Of a stretch of DNA of 64,000 nucleotides, positions 50,357 to 64,000 are shown piece by piece. Below the pieces are notes generated by a model that was given only the letters and a program-made list of their open reading frames with translations, had not been told where the DNA came from and searched no databases. The position numbers were made by a program, and so were the translations under genes. Each line of letters opens with the position of its first letter. The stretch's first letter is position 1. The stretch spans positions 7,049,216 to 7,113,215 of the forward strand of contig NC_068982.1 of the NCBI RefSeq assembly GCF_001194135.2. The letters run 5' to 3'. Origin of the DNA: Octopus bimaculoides. Taxonomy: Eukaryota.

Positions 50357-51357
50357 GTGTGTGTGTGTGTGCGTGAATGTTTGTATAAATGTATGTATGC
50401 ATGTATGTGTATATGTTGAGATGCTTGTGAAATGTATTTATTTATTTTATTTATGTCAATTTTGTTATTATGTTAAGCCACTAAATTTATGGCTCGTTTA
50501 TCCCGCACTCACTAAATGAAATACAAACATAAACACGTACACAGTCTCCCCCCCCCCTCTTTCTCTCTCATACAAACATACATGCGTACTCAAACACACA
50601 CATTCACTCAAACATACACACACACTCACAGAAATATATTCGTACATACACAGCCACACACATAGAAATATAGTTATTTACATGTCAGAAAAAAAAAAGG
50701 TATTTATTTAGATTAGATAATCTCTTCGTTAGATATAGTTAATGTTAATGTGTTCAAGTGTCTTTTAATATTGTATTAGATGTATCGGGCTTCAAACTAG
50801 TGGACCGTGGTTAGAAAAACATAGCGAGAGAGACAGAAAGAGAGAGAGAGTGGTGGAAGCGAAAGAGAGAGAGAGAGAGTCAAATAGGCAGGTAGGCAGG
50901 TAGGCAGGCAGACGGACAGAGATGCGAAGGTGCGTAGAGATGCGAAGACTGATAGAGAGAAAAAATTGGATTAAAAAATAGCTCCAGAAACATAACAAAT
51001 GCTAGAAATAAGACATGCGAAAGAAATAGAGAAATGAGCAAGAATGAGTGGAGTGACTTGGAGGGGGGAGTAAAAATTAATCAGGACATTGGATTGGAAA
51101 CAAAAGAACGGGATGAGAAGTAAAATTGAGAACGCGGAAGATAAGAAGACGAACAACGGGAAGAAAAATATGTATGAGACTCTACACATATCATTGTTCG
51201 GAAAACTATGACAATATCCACGATTCTATAGACGGAGAGAGAGAGAGGGGGGGAGAGAGAGAGAGATAGAGTTGGAGAGAGAGAGAGAGAGAGAGAAAGG
51301 GGGAGAGAGAGATTTAACCAACAAACTAACTAACGGAGTTACTTCCACCACTTTTAG

Positions 51358-51449
51358 ATGGAAAACACTGGGATGCCGGCACTTTTACTGGAAATATAAA
51401 GTTTGTAAAATTACTTGCTGCAACTATATTATAAGAACGTTAGTGGCAG
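51358..51449 (+). other. Candidate internal exon (92 nt) of an unidentified transcript
   Basis: Acceptor TTCCACCACTTTTAG| and consensus donor CAG|GTAAGT. One frame is open (WKTLGCRHFYWKYKVCKITCCNYIIRTLVA), with no recognisable homology. Confidence 0.35.
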
Positions 51450-51527
51450 GTAAGTAATTCCTTCTTTGGGACTCACAACACTTCGATCGTGTTTGTTGTT
51501 TATATGTAAGAGTCTAAAGGGTTTGCA

Positions 51528-51528
51528 G

Positions 51529-51590
<62 letters not shown>

Positions 51591-51598
51591 GTCTGTCC

Positions 51599-51650
<52 letters not shown>

Positions 51651-51670
51651 GTCTGTCTATCTATCTGTCT
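51528..51670. repeat. (TATC)n/(TGTC)n microsatellite
   Basis: Direct reading. Confidence 0.95.
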
Positions 51671-51840
51671 GTCTACCTGTCTCTCTATATATCCAGCTAT
51701 TTATCTATCTAAATAACTACCTGTCTCTCCTTTTGTATAAGTATGTGTGTCTGTATTTGTAAGAACGTATGTGTGTGTGTGTATGTTTGTGTGCATGTGT
51801 GTGTCCGTGTGTACTTACACCTATCCATAATATATTATAA

Positions 51841-51872
<32 letters not shown>

Positions 51873-52031
51873 GTAGGTAGGTATGATGTAACCAGAAGAG
51901 GCAATACACAGGAGTTAAAGATAAAAGGGACCACTGTTTACTCACTTTAGGGAAACTTGCTAGTCTACAGGGCACACACACAAACGCGCAAACATGCACA
52001 CATATACCAACTCGCATAACCACGCAATATG

Positions 52032-52084
<53 letters not shown>

Positions 52085-52157
52085 CCGGGTATCTTTTAAG
52101 TAATACATGTTCATATGAAGTTGTATTTTAATCATTTCTCTAAGGATNNNNNNNNNN

Positions 52158-52240
<83 letters not shown>

Positions 52241-52976
52241 TTATACATATATGAACATAGTGTGTAGTACATCACTCAAATGTGTGTTTAATTAACGAAA
52301 GAATTGTTATGAAGTTGCAAACAATTTCTTTGAACGGGAGTTTATTTTAGTCTCGAATATTTTGGGCTGGATAATTTTAAACCAGCGGAGTAAAGCTCAG
52401 GCTTAGGTGAAAGCATTTTATGACTTTATATAGGATATTGTTTGTTGTCTTTAATTTTTTTCTGTTATTTTTTTATTCTTTTCTTTGTCATGTTAATATT
52501 TGATTTATGTAAAGTATATTCGCTGTTTTCTGTACTGTTATGACTGATATTAGTTGGAGATTTTTTTTTTTTTTGGCGTGTGCGTGTTGTTTGTATATTA
52601 ATAAATCTAGATTTTATCATGTAAATTTATTCATATATAAATCTGTCAACACATACATTCACACACTTATATATCTTTTCCCCTTAGATTTTAAATTCTC
52701 TCTCACTATTCTCTCTCTTTCAATCTCTCCCTCTTTCTCTCTATCAACTATAGTTCATTCTTGCATACCAATCAAGACAGTCTTACCAGAGCAGATCTAT
52801 GATCAAAGACCTTCCAGCTTTGACCACCCTATATGCTTATATATATTTCTGTACTCACCAACGTGTCTTTGCTTGTTTAATAGAGCGAGATGCAATTCAA
52901 GTGAGATTTGACTGTTATATATAGCTGAATAAAGAACCACGTTGCATTTTCTCTCCGTCTCTGTCTCTCTCTTTCT

Positions 52977-53007
<31 letters not shown>

Positions 53008-53639
53008 NNNNNNNNNNNNNNNNNNNNNNNNNNNNNNNNNNNNNNNNNNNNNNNNNNNNNNNNNNNNNNNNNNNNNNNNNNNNNNNNNNNNNNNNNNNNN
53101 NNNNNNNNNNNNNNNNNNNNNNNNNNNNNNNNNNNNATATATCCGTCTGTCTATCTATCTATCGGACTGACGTTGCTGTCAAGTGAGTCGCTATCTCTGT
53201 TTAGTCCCAGGTCAAATCTGAACGAGAAAAAAACATATGTTTAAAAAAAATTTCCAATTGTGAGCTTTGCATTATTTGTTTTCTTTCGTTCTCTTTCGGT
53301 GATTGGGGACCCACCATTACATAATCCAATGAGTTCTTTTCGAATATCGTCTGGATGTGACTTAAAGGAGACGTTACTGATATTTCTAAATTACGGAGTG
53401 ATTGTAAAGAGAGCCCCTTCGCTGCTTTGACTCTCACAACTGTGTTTATGTCGCGTGGCTAACGGGAACACTTTTCATGTAGGTGGGTCTCTCTAGTGTT
53501 GTAGTACTGACTAATAATATCGACAGAGACCCTTGATATGGTCGTCCATCTTGCTAGAAATAGCAGACAAGTTTCATTCATACTGTCACTTCCCGTCTAT
53601 AAAACAGGGAGATAGAGAGAGGAGTGACAATATGATAAA

Positions 53640-54045
53640 AAATTTGTTTCTCAACCTTGAGGTTCCAGTTTCAGTCCCACTGCGTAGCACCTTGGGCAAG
53701 TGTCTTCTGCTATAGCCCCGGGGACGACCGAAGCCTTGTGAGTAGATTTACTAGACGGAGTCTAAAAGAAGCCTGTGATAAACATGTATGTATATGTGTT
53801 TGTCTGTGTATATGTGTGTGTGTGTATGAGTATATGTGTGTGTGTGATTGTCACCCACCACTGCTTGACACCCGGTGTTGGTCTGTTTACATCCCCGTGA
53901 CCGAGCAGTTCGATCCAAGAGCCCGATAGGGTAGATATCAGGCTTTAAAAAAATAGACGCTGATGTCGATTTCTTTGACTAAAACACTTCCAAGCGGTGC
54001 CCCAGCATGCCCGCAATCCAACGACTAAAGCAAGTAAAAGATGAA
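53640..54045 (+). mobile_element. SINE family A, head-truncated
   Basis: TTCAGTCCCACTGCGTAGCACCTTGGGCAAGTGTCTTC...GCGGTGCCCCAGCATGCCCGCA...AAGTAAAAGAT. Confidence 0.87.
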
Positions 54046-54572
54046 CGATATATATGTATATATATATATATATNNNNNNNNNNNNNNNNNNNNNNNNNNN
54101 NNNNNNNNNNNNNNNNNNNNNNNNNNNNNNNNNNNNNNNNNNNNNNNNNNNNNNNNNNNNNNNNNNNNNNNNNNNNNNNNNNNNNNNNNNNNNNNNNNNN
54201 NNNNNNNNNNNNNNNNNNNNNNNNNNNNNNNNNNNNNNNNNNNNNNNNNNNNNNNNNNNNNNNNNNNNNNNNNNNNNNNNNNNNNNNNNNNNNNNNNNNN
54301 NNNNNNNNNNNNNNNNNNNNNNNNNNNNNNNNNNNNNNNNNNNNNNNNNNNNNNNNNNNNNNNNNNNNNNNNNNNNNNNNNNNNNNNNNNNNNNNNNNNN
54401 NNNNNNNNNNNNNNNNNNNNNNNNNNNNNNNNNNNNNNNNNNNNNNNNNNNNNNNNNNNNNNNNNNNNNNNNNNNNNNNNNNNNNNNNNNNNNNNNNNNN
54501 NNNNNNNNNNNNNNNNNNNNNNNNNNNNNNNNNNNNNNATATATATATATATATATATATATACATACATAT

Positions 54573-54790
54573 ATACTTGTTTCAGTAATTGCACTGCGGC
54601 CAATATGAGGCACCGCCTTGAAGAATTTTAGTCGCACGAATTGACCCTACTTCTTGCTTTTAAAGCCTGGAACTTATTCAGTCGGTCTCCTTGGCCGAAC
54701 CCTTAAGTTATGGGGACAGAAAGACACCAACAATGCTTGTCCGGCAATCAGTGGTGTGGACAATTGCGAGCATAAAGACACACATACAAA
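54573..54790 (-). mobile_element. SINE family A 3' half
   Basis: ACTTGTTTCAGT...CTGCGGCC...GCACCGCC...GCCGAACC..TAAGTTA.GGGGAC. Confidence 0.8.
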
Positions 54791-55174
54791 CATCCATATA
54801 TGAAGAGAAAAAATGAAAATAAAAGCGAGATGGTCAGTATTAGAACGCCTTTAATCCATGGCTCGGTCCTATTAATGCAAAACTTGTGCTAAACATCTAC
54901 ATCCGAATGTATTGATGCGTGGTTGTGTGGATGTGCTTGTGGTGGGAGCTCGAATCCTTATGTGCCTTTGTCTGGTTTTATGTCTGTATTGTGTTCATAT
55001 GGTTATGTCCCTCAAACCGTGTTTCTGAGACTTTTATTGTAAAGAACATGACAAAGACGTCAGAGAATTGTGTGGAATATGGATTTGTTTCGGTTTTCTG
55101 TGTCGAATTCCTGTCGTGGACGAATTAACTTTTAAGTCTTTCTGGGACCATGAATAAAATTCCCACAGAGCAAT

Positions 55175-55220
<46 letters not shown>

Positions 55221-55789
55221 ACTCTCTCCCCCCTCTCTCCCTACATACCTACCCACCTGCCTATCTTTTTAATCTCTCAGTCCTGCTATGTATTGGTGAC
55301 ACGCATTCAATACGAGAATTACTTTAAGAGTACACACGCCTGAAGTATACTCAGCTGCCTACACATTAATTTCACAAAAAAGTGTTTACTTGTTCAAGAA
55401 ACTGTGAAGCTGAATGCATAATCTCGAAACCGACGGAGAATTTACCATACGTATAGCCTTTCATTGTGCTTTCTGATTAAAAATGCAATCACTTAATAAA
55501 AAGATAAAACAGTGAAATAAATGCCTTACTAATTTCTCCATTCCATTCTCCGTATGCTCATTGTTATCCATAGCATATAAATAAAGTGTAATGAATATAC
55601 TGTTAGCTGCGAATAACAGGCAAACTTGTAGCACAGTTATAGTAAGGGCGTAATGGATAAAATAATCCGATATCAGAAAAGAAAATCTGGGATGATCATA
55701 GTTAGAATGCCTTTGATCATAATTCTCTGTGAATCAGGGTTAATCAGGGTTATCTTTTATCTTTAATCTTTTACTCGTTTTGGTCAGCA

Positions 55790-56125
55790 GACAGAGGCCA
55801 TACTGGGGCACCGCCTTGAAGAATGAATCGATGCCAGTACTTTTCTTTCACTTTTTAAGCCTAAAACTTAATTTTTTTTTTGCCGAACCGTTAAGTTACG
55901 TAGACGTAAACACACCAACACTGGTTCTTTTGTCATGCTATTGTGGGGGACAAACACAGACACGAAGACACACAATTTACGTCTATCAAATTCTCTTACA
56001 ACGCTTTAGCTATAGACTCGGGGTAACCAAAGAAATTACTTAACTCACGGTGCCACAATTTGGGACTGAACCCGGAATCATGTGGTTGCGAAGCAAGCCT
56101 CTTTCCACACAGCTACACCTATGCC
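55790..56125 (-). mobile_element. SINE family A, diverged
   Basis: GGCCATACTGGGGCACCGCC...GCCGAACCGTTAAGTTACG...GGGACTGAACCCGGAATCATGTGG. Confidence 0.8.
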
Positions 56126-57345
56126 TCTATCATGATTTCTAACACAAGTAGATCACACATTTCTTTCGGTGCAGGGAAAGGTATAGTCAATGAGATCGAC
56201 CTCAATAATCAAATTAATACTTATTTTATTGAACTCGGAAAGATGAAAGGCGAAATCAACTAAGGTGACGTAAAACCTTATCAAACACCAATAATTGGGA
56301 AAGAAACTGATGATTACATATGTATGGAAAATACAACTGTCAGTAGCGTTGATACGGTTTTTGTTCTCCATGTTATTGTTGTTGTTGTTGTGGTGGTGGT
56401 GGTGGTTGGTCTGTCGTTATTAAGCTTCCGATGCAGTGTCTCATACATGCTGAGAGTGTTCTATCATCGGAAGCTCTGTTAATTCCTGTGCGTTTTGTAG
56501 GTGAAGTGACACAACTACAGAGTCGACATATGTGTGCATGGTGCGTGTGTGTGTGTGTGTGCATGTAGGTATGCATGCATGTATGAATATATATATATGT
56601 ATTTATTCATATATATATATATATATATATATANNNNNNNNNNNNNNNNNNNNNNNNNNNNNNNNNNNNNNNNNNNNNNNNNNNNNNNNNNNNNNNNNNN
56701 NNNNNNNNNNNNNNNNNNNNNNNNNNNNNNNNNNNNNNNNNNNNNNNNNNNNNNNNNNNNNNNNNNNNNNNNNNNNNNNNNNNNNNNNNNNNNNNNNNNN
56801 NNNNNNNNNNNNNNNNNNNNNNNNNNNNNNNNNNNNNNNNNNNNNNNNNNNNNNNNNNNNNNNNNNNNNNNNNNNNNNNNNNNNNNNNNNNNNNNNNNNN
56901 NNNNNNNNNNNNNNNNNNNNNNNNNNNNNNNNNNNNNNNNNNNNNNNNNNNNNNNNNNNNNNNNNNNNNNNNNNNNNNNNNNNNNNNNNNNNNNNNNNNN
57001 NNNNNNNNNNNNNNNNNNNNNNNNNNNNNNNNNNNNNNNNNNNNNNNNNNNNNNNNNNNNNNNNNNNNNNNNNNNNNNNNNNNNNNNNNNNNNNNNNNNN
57101 NNNNNNNNNNNNNNNNNNNNNNNNNNNNNNNNNNNNNNNNNNNNNNNNNNNNNNNNNNNNNNNNNNNNNNNNNNNNNNNNNNNNNNNNNNNNNNNNNNNN
57201 NNNNNNNNNNNNNNNNNNNNNNNNNNNNNNNNNNNNNNNNNNNNNNNNNNNNNNNNNNNNNNNNNNNNNNNNNNNNNNNNNNNNNNNNNNNNNNNNNNTA
57301 TATATATATACGTAAACGGATAAATATATACATGCATTTATATAC

Positions 57346-57429
<84 letters not shown>

Positions 57430-60290
57430 GTGTATGTATATGTACTATATACACACCACGGCAGGTAGTCATAGTTAACAGTATCAGGTGAATAAAACCG
57501 TATACATGGGTGTTAAATGGATGTTCTGACGTTTATCACTGTGTTTTTGTAACGCACAAAAATAACACGCCCATATTCTTCCTTACATACACACGCATGC
57601 ATACAAACATACATAGTACATACATACATACATCCATACATACGTACGTACATACATACATTCATACATGCATACATGCGTACATACATAGTTATGAAAA
57701 GTAATCAACAGTAGGTCCAAACTTCAGCTCATAGCTATTACAGTTCTTTGTTTTGGGGTATAACACCAAGCGATATTTGAAGTCTGTACAATCTAGCTTT
57801 TAGAGGACATATTATTGTATTAACGTTTTTCATTACGGTTTTTTTTTGAGGGGGGGGGGTTGTCATTTAATTTCAGGCAAGAATCTTAAGGCTGACGTGT
57901 CATTATCTTATTTGTTATAGTCACATTTTTTATCTTTCCATCGTTGACATTTTTCTTTTTCTTCAATAATTAAGACATAGTTTTACCGGATTGTCTGATA
58001 AAGATTTGATACTAAGATGTACTATGTGTTCAGCTTCATTATTTTTCCTTAGTACGGATTCTATGATTATTTTTTCTGGTTTTATTTGTCGTCATGTTGT
58101 ATCAGATACTTTGAATTATTAACATCTTTGTAANNNNNNNNNNNNNNNNNNNNNNNNNNNNNNNNNNNNNNNNNNNNNNNNNNNNNNNNNNNNNNNNNNN
58201 NNNNNNNNNNNNNNNNNNNNNNNNNNNNNNNNNNNNNNNNNNNNNNNNNNNNNNNNNNNNNNNNNNNNNNNNNNNNNNNNNNNNNNNNNNNNNNNNNNNN
58301 NNNNNNNNNNNNNNNNNNNNNNNNNNNNNNNNNNNNNNNNNNNNNNNNNNNNNNNNNNNNNNNNNNNNNNNNNNNNNNNNNNNNNNNNNNNNNNNNNNNN
58401 NNNNNNNNNNNNNNNNNNNNNNNNNNNNNNNNNNNNNNNNNNNNNNNNNNNNNNNNNNNNNNNNNNNNNNNNNNNNNNNNNNNNNNNNNNNNNNNNNNNN
58501 NNNNNNNNNNNNNNNNNNNNNNNNNNNNNNNNNNNNNNNNNNNNNNNNNNNNNNNNNNNNNNNNNNNNNNNNNNNNNNNNNNNNNNNNNNNNNNNNNNNN
58601 NNNNNNNNNNNNNNNNNNNNNNNNNNNNNNNNNNNNNNNNNNNNNNNNNNNNNNNNNNNNNNNNNNNNNNNNNNNNNNNNNNNNNNNNNNNNNNNNNNNN
58701 NNNNNNNNNNNNNNNNNNNNNNNNNNNNNNNNNNNNNNNNNNNNNNNNNNNNNNNNNNNNNNNNNNNNNNNNNNNNNNNNNNNNNNNNNNNNNNNNNNNN
58801 NNNNNNNNNNNNNNNNNNNNNNNNNNNNNNNNNNNNNNNNNNNNNNNNNNNNNNNNNNNNNNNNNNNNNNNNNNNNNNNNNNNNNNNNNNNNNNNNNNNN
58901 NNNNNNNNNNNNNNNNNNNNNNNNNNNNNNNNNNNNNNNNNNNNNNNNNNNNNNNNNNNNNNNNNNNNNNNNNNNNNNNNNNNNNNNNNNNNNNNNNNNN
59001 NNNNNNNNNNNNNNNNNNNNNNATATATATGTATATATATATATATATACACGCATACTCAGACCTATACACGTATACAAATATCGATATTACCTATTTA
59101 AAATCTTGCGTGTTTATTATTGAATGTGTTGGGCATTGGTCATCAGATCAATATGTAACCGGGCTATATAATAATCACTAAATTTCTTTTAGAAAAAAGA
59201 AAACAATACGAAGACACTAATTAAGTGAAATACCTCATGAATTGCATCCAATTATAAACCAGTACAAATAATTTAGAAGAACACCAAAATTCTAATCTCT
59301 TCATCTTCAGCAAATTCCATGACTGCAGGCCTGTGAATAAATTGTTCAATGTACAAAATTAACTTTAAATCTAACAGCTGGAAACTTTGTTTTATAGAAA
59401 TTACATTGGACATTGTAGAAGTGAATTAAAAAGAAGAAAAAAACAATCACTTTATAAAGAAATTAAACTAAAATGTTATTGTATTTTCCAGACTCAAGAG
59501 AAATATTGTTACTTATGTCTACGAGTACTTGCGAGTTCGAGTGTACGTGTAACTAATATTTGAAACAGGGTTTTTGGAAGTAGATTTATGTGTATGAGTG
59601 ACTCTGTTATTCAAATGTAATAGCAAACAAAATTGGTACTTCGTGCATGCATGCGTGTGATGTAGTGTGCGCATCTTCTATAGTAGTCTTGATTGGGTGT
59701 TGACGAATGCAAGAAGTACTTGCATATTGTTCATCATTCTATTGGTAATTTATGTTTCACTGTCACAATTACATCGATGAATTTACTATTTATGTTCTGC
59801 TTTGTCATCTGTCCTATTATAGCATCTGAAACCCCCGTGTAATTAGATCTATTGTTACACTATATCTAGTATCATGCCGGAATTCAGAAAACACTGCTGA
59901 GAGCAATAGACTATTTATTGCCGATGCTCGTTTGTTATATAACTAACAATTTGTTGGGGTGAGATAATTGATTAATGCACTAGGGTGGCTTCCTCTGCCT
60001 CATATGTTTCTGTAGTTGACAGTTTTGCGTTCATATTATATTGAGATCTGTGTATCAATTGCGATGTCTATGAAGTAAATAGCAGAAATATAGATATATT
60101 TATTTAATATTACATTAAAGACATCGCCCGCTTCCTAAATAAATTAACTTCATGCAGCGTTAAAATAAATCTTCATTATAATCGTTTCTTACCAAGAGGA
60201 TAATGGGAAAATCACGCTGTAATACTGAAGCCTTTTACCTCTTACTCACCTCTCGTTCTCTCCCACTCACTATATATAAGTACATTGCAT

Positions 60291-60325
<35 letters not shown>

Positions 60326-60328
60326 AAC

Positions 60329-60368
<40 letters not shown>

Positions 60369-60369
60369 A

Positions 60370-60420
<51 letters not shown>

Positions 60421-60869
60421 ATTTTTTCCAAATGGAAATTGAAATCGTAGGATCAACAGCCATTAATATTATTGCTTCTGTACAGTTATCAACATATAAT
60501 TGCCATAAAGTGATCTAACTTCCGCCGAAACAGATTGTTTTTTTGTTTTTTTTTTTTTTGTGAGGAGTTTGCATAAACATTATCCCAACGGTTATGTCTT
60601 TTATGCTACTGAGAAGGAATGATCATACCAATATAAATTCTCTCCCACTCAAATCTACGAGATATTCAGACATAGAAGAAAAGAAACGAATTTGGACATA
60701 ATATGGTATCCCAGGGAGATAAATTCGCGAGATTTCAATGTAAGAATTCATTTCCTTTGCGTGTAATTTTTGTATTCTATAATCACTGCTTTTCTTCACT
60801 TTTAAAATTCATAATGGGAGTATATAAGTTTGCATACCGAGTAACAGAAACAATGTGAAGAATAATATC

Positions 60870-61297
60870 CTTTCTACTCTAGGCACAAGGCCCGAAATTT
60901 TGGGGGAGGGGGCCAGTCGTTTAGATTGACCCCAGTACATAACTGGTACTTAATTCATCAACCCTGAAAGGATGAAAGGAAAAGTTGACCTCAGCGGAAT
61001 TAGAACTCAGAATGTAAATGTAGACGAAATACCGCTAAGCATTTCGCCCGGCGTTCTAGCGTTTCTGCCAGCTCGCCGCCTTACTATATTCTTTTCTACT
61101 CTAGGCACAAGGCCCGAAATTTTGGGAGAGGGGCTAGTCGATTAGATCGACCCCAGTACGCAACTGGCACGTAATTTATCAACCTTGAAATCATGAAAGG
61201 CAAGGTCTACCTCGGCGGAACTCAGAACGTAACGACAGATAAAATACCGCTAAGCGTTTCGCCCGGCGTGCTAACGATTCTGCCAGCTCACCGCCTA
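60870..61297 (-). mobile_element. Head-to-tail SINE B dimer under a single TSD
   Basis: Units at about 60870-61081 and 61087-61297; AAGAATAATATC at 60858-60869 and 61304-61315. Confidence 0.88.
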
Positions 61298-62902
61298 ACT
61301 GTCAAGAATAATATCAATAAAAACACGTTGAGGAGCTGATGATATTGATAACAATGCAATATAATAACGTCACTTTTCGTGGGTCGTAGGTATGTAATAT
61401 AAGCTACGAGAACATGATCAGACAATGCGACAGTTCAGAGGTTCAACGTATTAAACGTAGAAGTATAAATACATATGGACTGGTACGATGTATTTAAATG
61501 CAGAAATACAAATATTTAATATTCAGATTCGGTGATTGATGTGAGCGTGTGAGTAGGCATTTAAACATATGCACATCCGTAAACACAGACGCTCACGAAC
61601 ACACAATTACATACGCATCTAATACAAAATGCATATCATATTGCTAAGATTTCTGTCAAAGACTCTTCTATTAATATTACTTGAAATTCATCTGTTATGT
61701 CTACCACTCTTTGGATTTTTCCAAGTTACCAGCTGTTGTTCGACTTCTGTCATCCTGCATTGAACAATTCGAACTTAATTCACATGTCTTGAAGTCTTAA
61801 AACTTTGGTTCTATTTTATACTATATACAGGTTCGTAGATACTTCCATGCACACACATATTTGAGATTTAAGTTACACGAATAGAAAATCAAAGATGTTA
61901 GATAAAATGAGAGAAATATATTTTTCAGAAAGATAGCACACGTTTACAACTAATAGTATTTAAGAAAGTTCTCGTTCAATAAAATTGGCTTCAATCTGAA
62001 CGAAGGTTTCCAGGCGGTCACAGAAGCTACTTCATGTCAAGATCGGATTCCCATTTCTATTCATCTTCCCGTACAAAATAGCAACCTTTAACATGGCTAC
62101 CTATTTGTCTCACTCTCTACGACGCTCAAGTCAGAGTAGTGCACGAGTTTTCAAATCATAAGTGCTCGTATGTCACATTGGGACTTATATCATCGAAACA
62201 TCCTTGACTAACCAACCATTCTTTATGTGGCAGCAAATAGATTTCGACTGAGACAGGCGCAACTTTCTTTGAGGTCAACCTTCAATAACATGGCATTGAC
62301 CTCCAGAACGTGCCGCAAGAATTGAGGTGGGGGTATATGAGATGGTGGGGGCTCGGTGCACCCAGTTAGGTGCCGCTGTGAGGCCTTCGCAAAACCACTT
62401 GTCACCATGTAGCCTTTATTAAAGCTATTGGTGAAGCGTAATGACTTCCTGAAGATGCTTAAACGTTTCTTCGGATGACATAATTTTTCTTGGTCTGACT
62501 GAAAATTCACTCATTACATTGGACTCGTCCTCCGAGAGGTCCTTGAGCACTTTATGCGTGATAATGGACTCCGTCGCTTTTAGATTATTGGCAATGTTTT
62601 ATAGCGAACCGTTAGAGATGAAGCTGACGTTCTGAATTTAACAAATGAACTCTGCCGTCTGACATCTGTCTCTGAGAATGTTTCTCTGTCTCACTTGCGA
62701 CAGGTGGTACATCCTCATCAATGGCTTCCAGCACTTTTATGATGCATATCTCGAAAGAACTTCCTGTGTTCAAGAGGTTGGAGATCATGAGTTGTCTATG
62801 TAGCTGCAATAGATATTTAGAAACATTAAAAGATACAGAAAGCAAGAGAGAGACTGTGTAACGTGTTTAAAAAGCAAAGCAGTAAATAGTGTTGAGACTG
62901 TT

Positions 62903-62961
<59 letters not shown>

Positions 62962-63174
62962 NNNNNNNNNNNNNNNNNNNNNNNNNNNNNNNNNNNNNNN
63001 NNNNNNNNNNNNNNNNNNNNNNNNNNNNNNNNNNNNNNNNNNNNNNNNNNNNNNNNNNNNNNNNNNNNNNNNNNNNNNNNNNNNNNNNNNNNNNNNNNNN
63101 NNNNNNNNNNNNNNNNNNNNNNNNNNNNNNNNNNNNNNNNNNNNNNNNNNNNNNNNNNNNNNNNNNNNNNNNNN

Positions 63175-63249
<75 letters not shown>

Positions 63250-63332
63250 TACATATATATATATATCTATATATATATACGTATGATGTACTGCTTTCGA
63301 AATTCAGTTAATCATTAATTATATATGGATAA

Positions 63333-63540
63333 AAGGCGCCGAGCTGGCAGAATCGCTAGCATGCCGGATAAAACGCTTTGCGTCATTTCATCTGTTTTTA
63401 TATTCCAAGTTCAAAATCGAATTTACCCTTCGCACATTCGGAGTTGATAAAATAAATGTCAGTTGGACACTGGGGCCGATCTAGTTAACTTACCCCACTT
63501 TCCCCGAAATTGCTGGCCTTGTGCTAAAATTTGAAACCAT
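63333..63540 (+). mobile_element. SINE family B, tail type 2
   Basis: GGCGCCGAGCTGGCAGAATCG head and AATTGCTGGCCTTGTGCTAAAATTTGAAACCA tail. Confidence 0.82.
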
Positions 63541-64000
63541 TCATCGAAAGTATAGAAAGAGTATATTACGCATCCTTACATTCTTACACTTTCTTATCAC
63601 AGCTATACATATATTTCTGTACTTCTGATTTACGTTGTGTTCAGAAAATAGTATTTGGGTTAAAGACGAACCGCCTAACAGCACAGATATATATATTCTG
63701 AATATATATTCAGTTATGGTATTAGCATAATTCAAACTTGCTTTCTACATTTGTTGGATACTTTATGTTATCAACTGGTGGACTGTATTCGAAGATTGGG
63801 TACATATTCTCTGAGGAGCGATCAACAATACGCGAATCGGTCCGCCAAGAGACCCCTTCCCACCTCCATGATATATTTATCAAACATCGGAATCACAGCA
63901 GGGAAGTGTTTATATTTTTATAGTTCATTATAACGGCTAAGGATGCGTAATACACTTTCATACATACATTTAAATATAAATAAATATATATATATATATA

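Overview
AT-rich, microsatellite-saturated animal genomic DNA from a draft assembly, with many N gaps, most bordered by (TA)n or other simple repeats. The repeat families match my recollection of octopus (Octopus bimaculoides-like) DNA; this assignment is not verified. No host protein-coding gene can be called with confidence. The window is a transposable-element graveyard: (i) about 30 tRNA-derived SINE copies or fragments from at least 5 families, mainly family A (CORE-like motif, CR1-type tail) and family B (Meta/MESC-like domain, three interchangeable tails); (ii) LINE remnants of the R4/Dong (four pieces, two flanked by TAA microsatellites), CR1 (x3), RTE (x2) and Tx1/L1 (x2) clades; (iii) hAT MITEs with TIRs and 8-bp TSDs, and a maT/mariner remnant. 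The most interesting signals are RNA-structural. There are three hammerhead-ribozyme-like motifs in three different repeat contexts: a fully closable type I hammerhead at the centre of a 370-bp foldback (12292-12342), a tRNA-headed SINE-like element with a decayed hammerhead core (46420-46695), and an atypical hammerhead-like fold between 139-bp direct repeats (295-406). A SINE/CR1 partner pair is also visible within the window, along with a SINE dimer inserted under one TSD and a 36-bp hairpin whose only mismatches are G-U pairs. A few isolated exon-like segments with good splice sites hint at an unrecognised spliced transcript.
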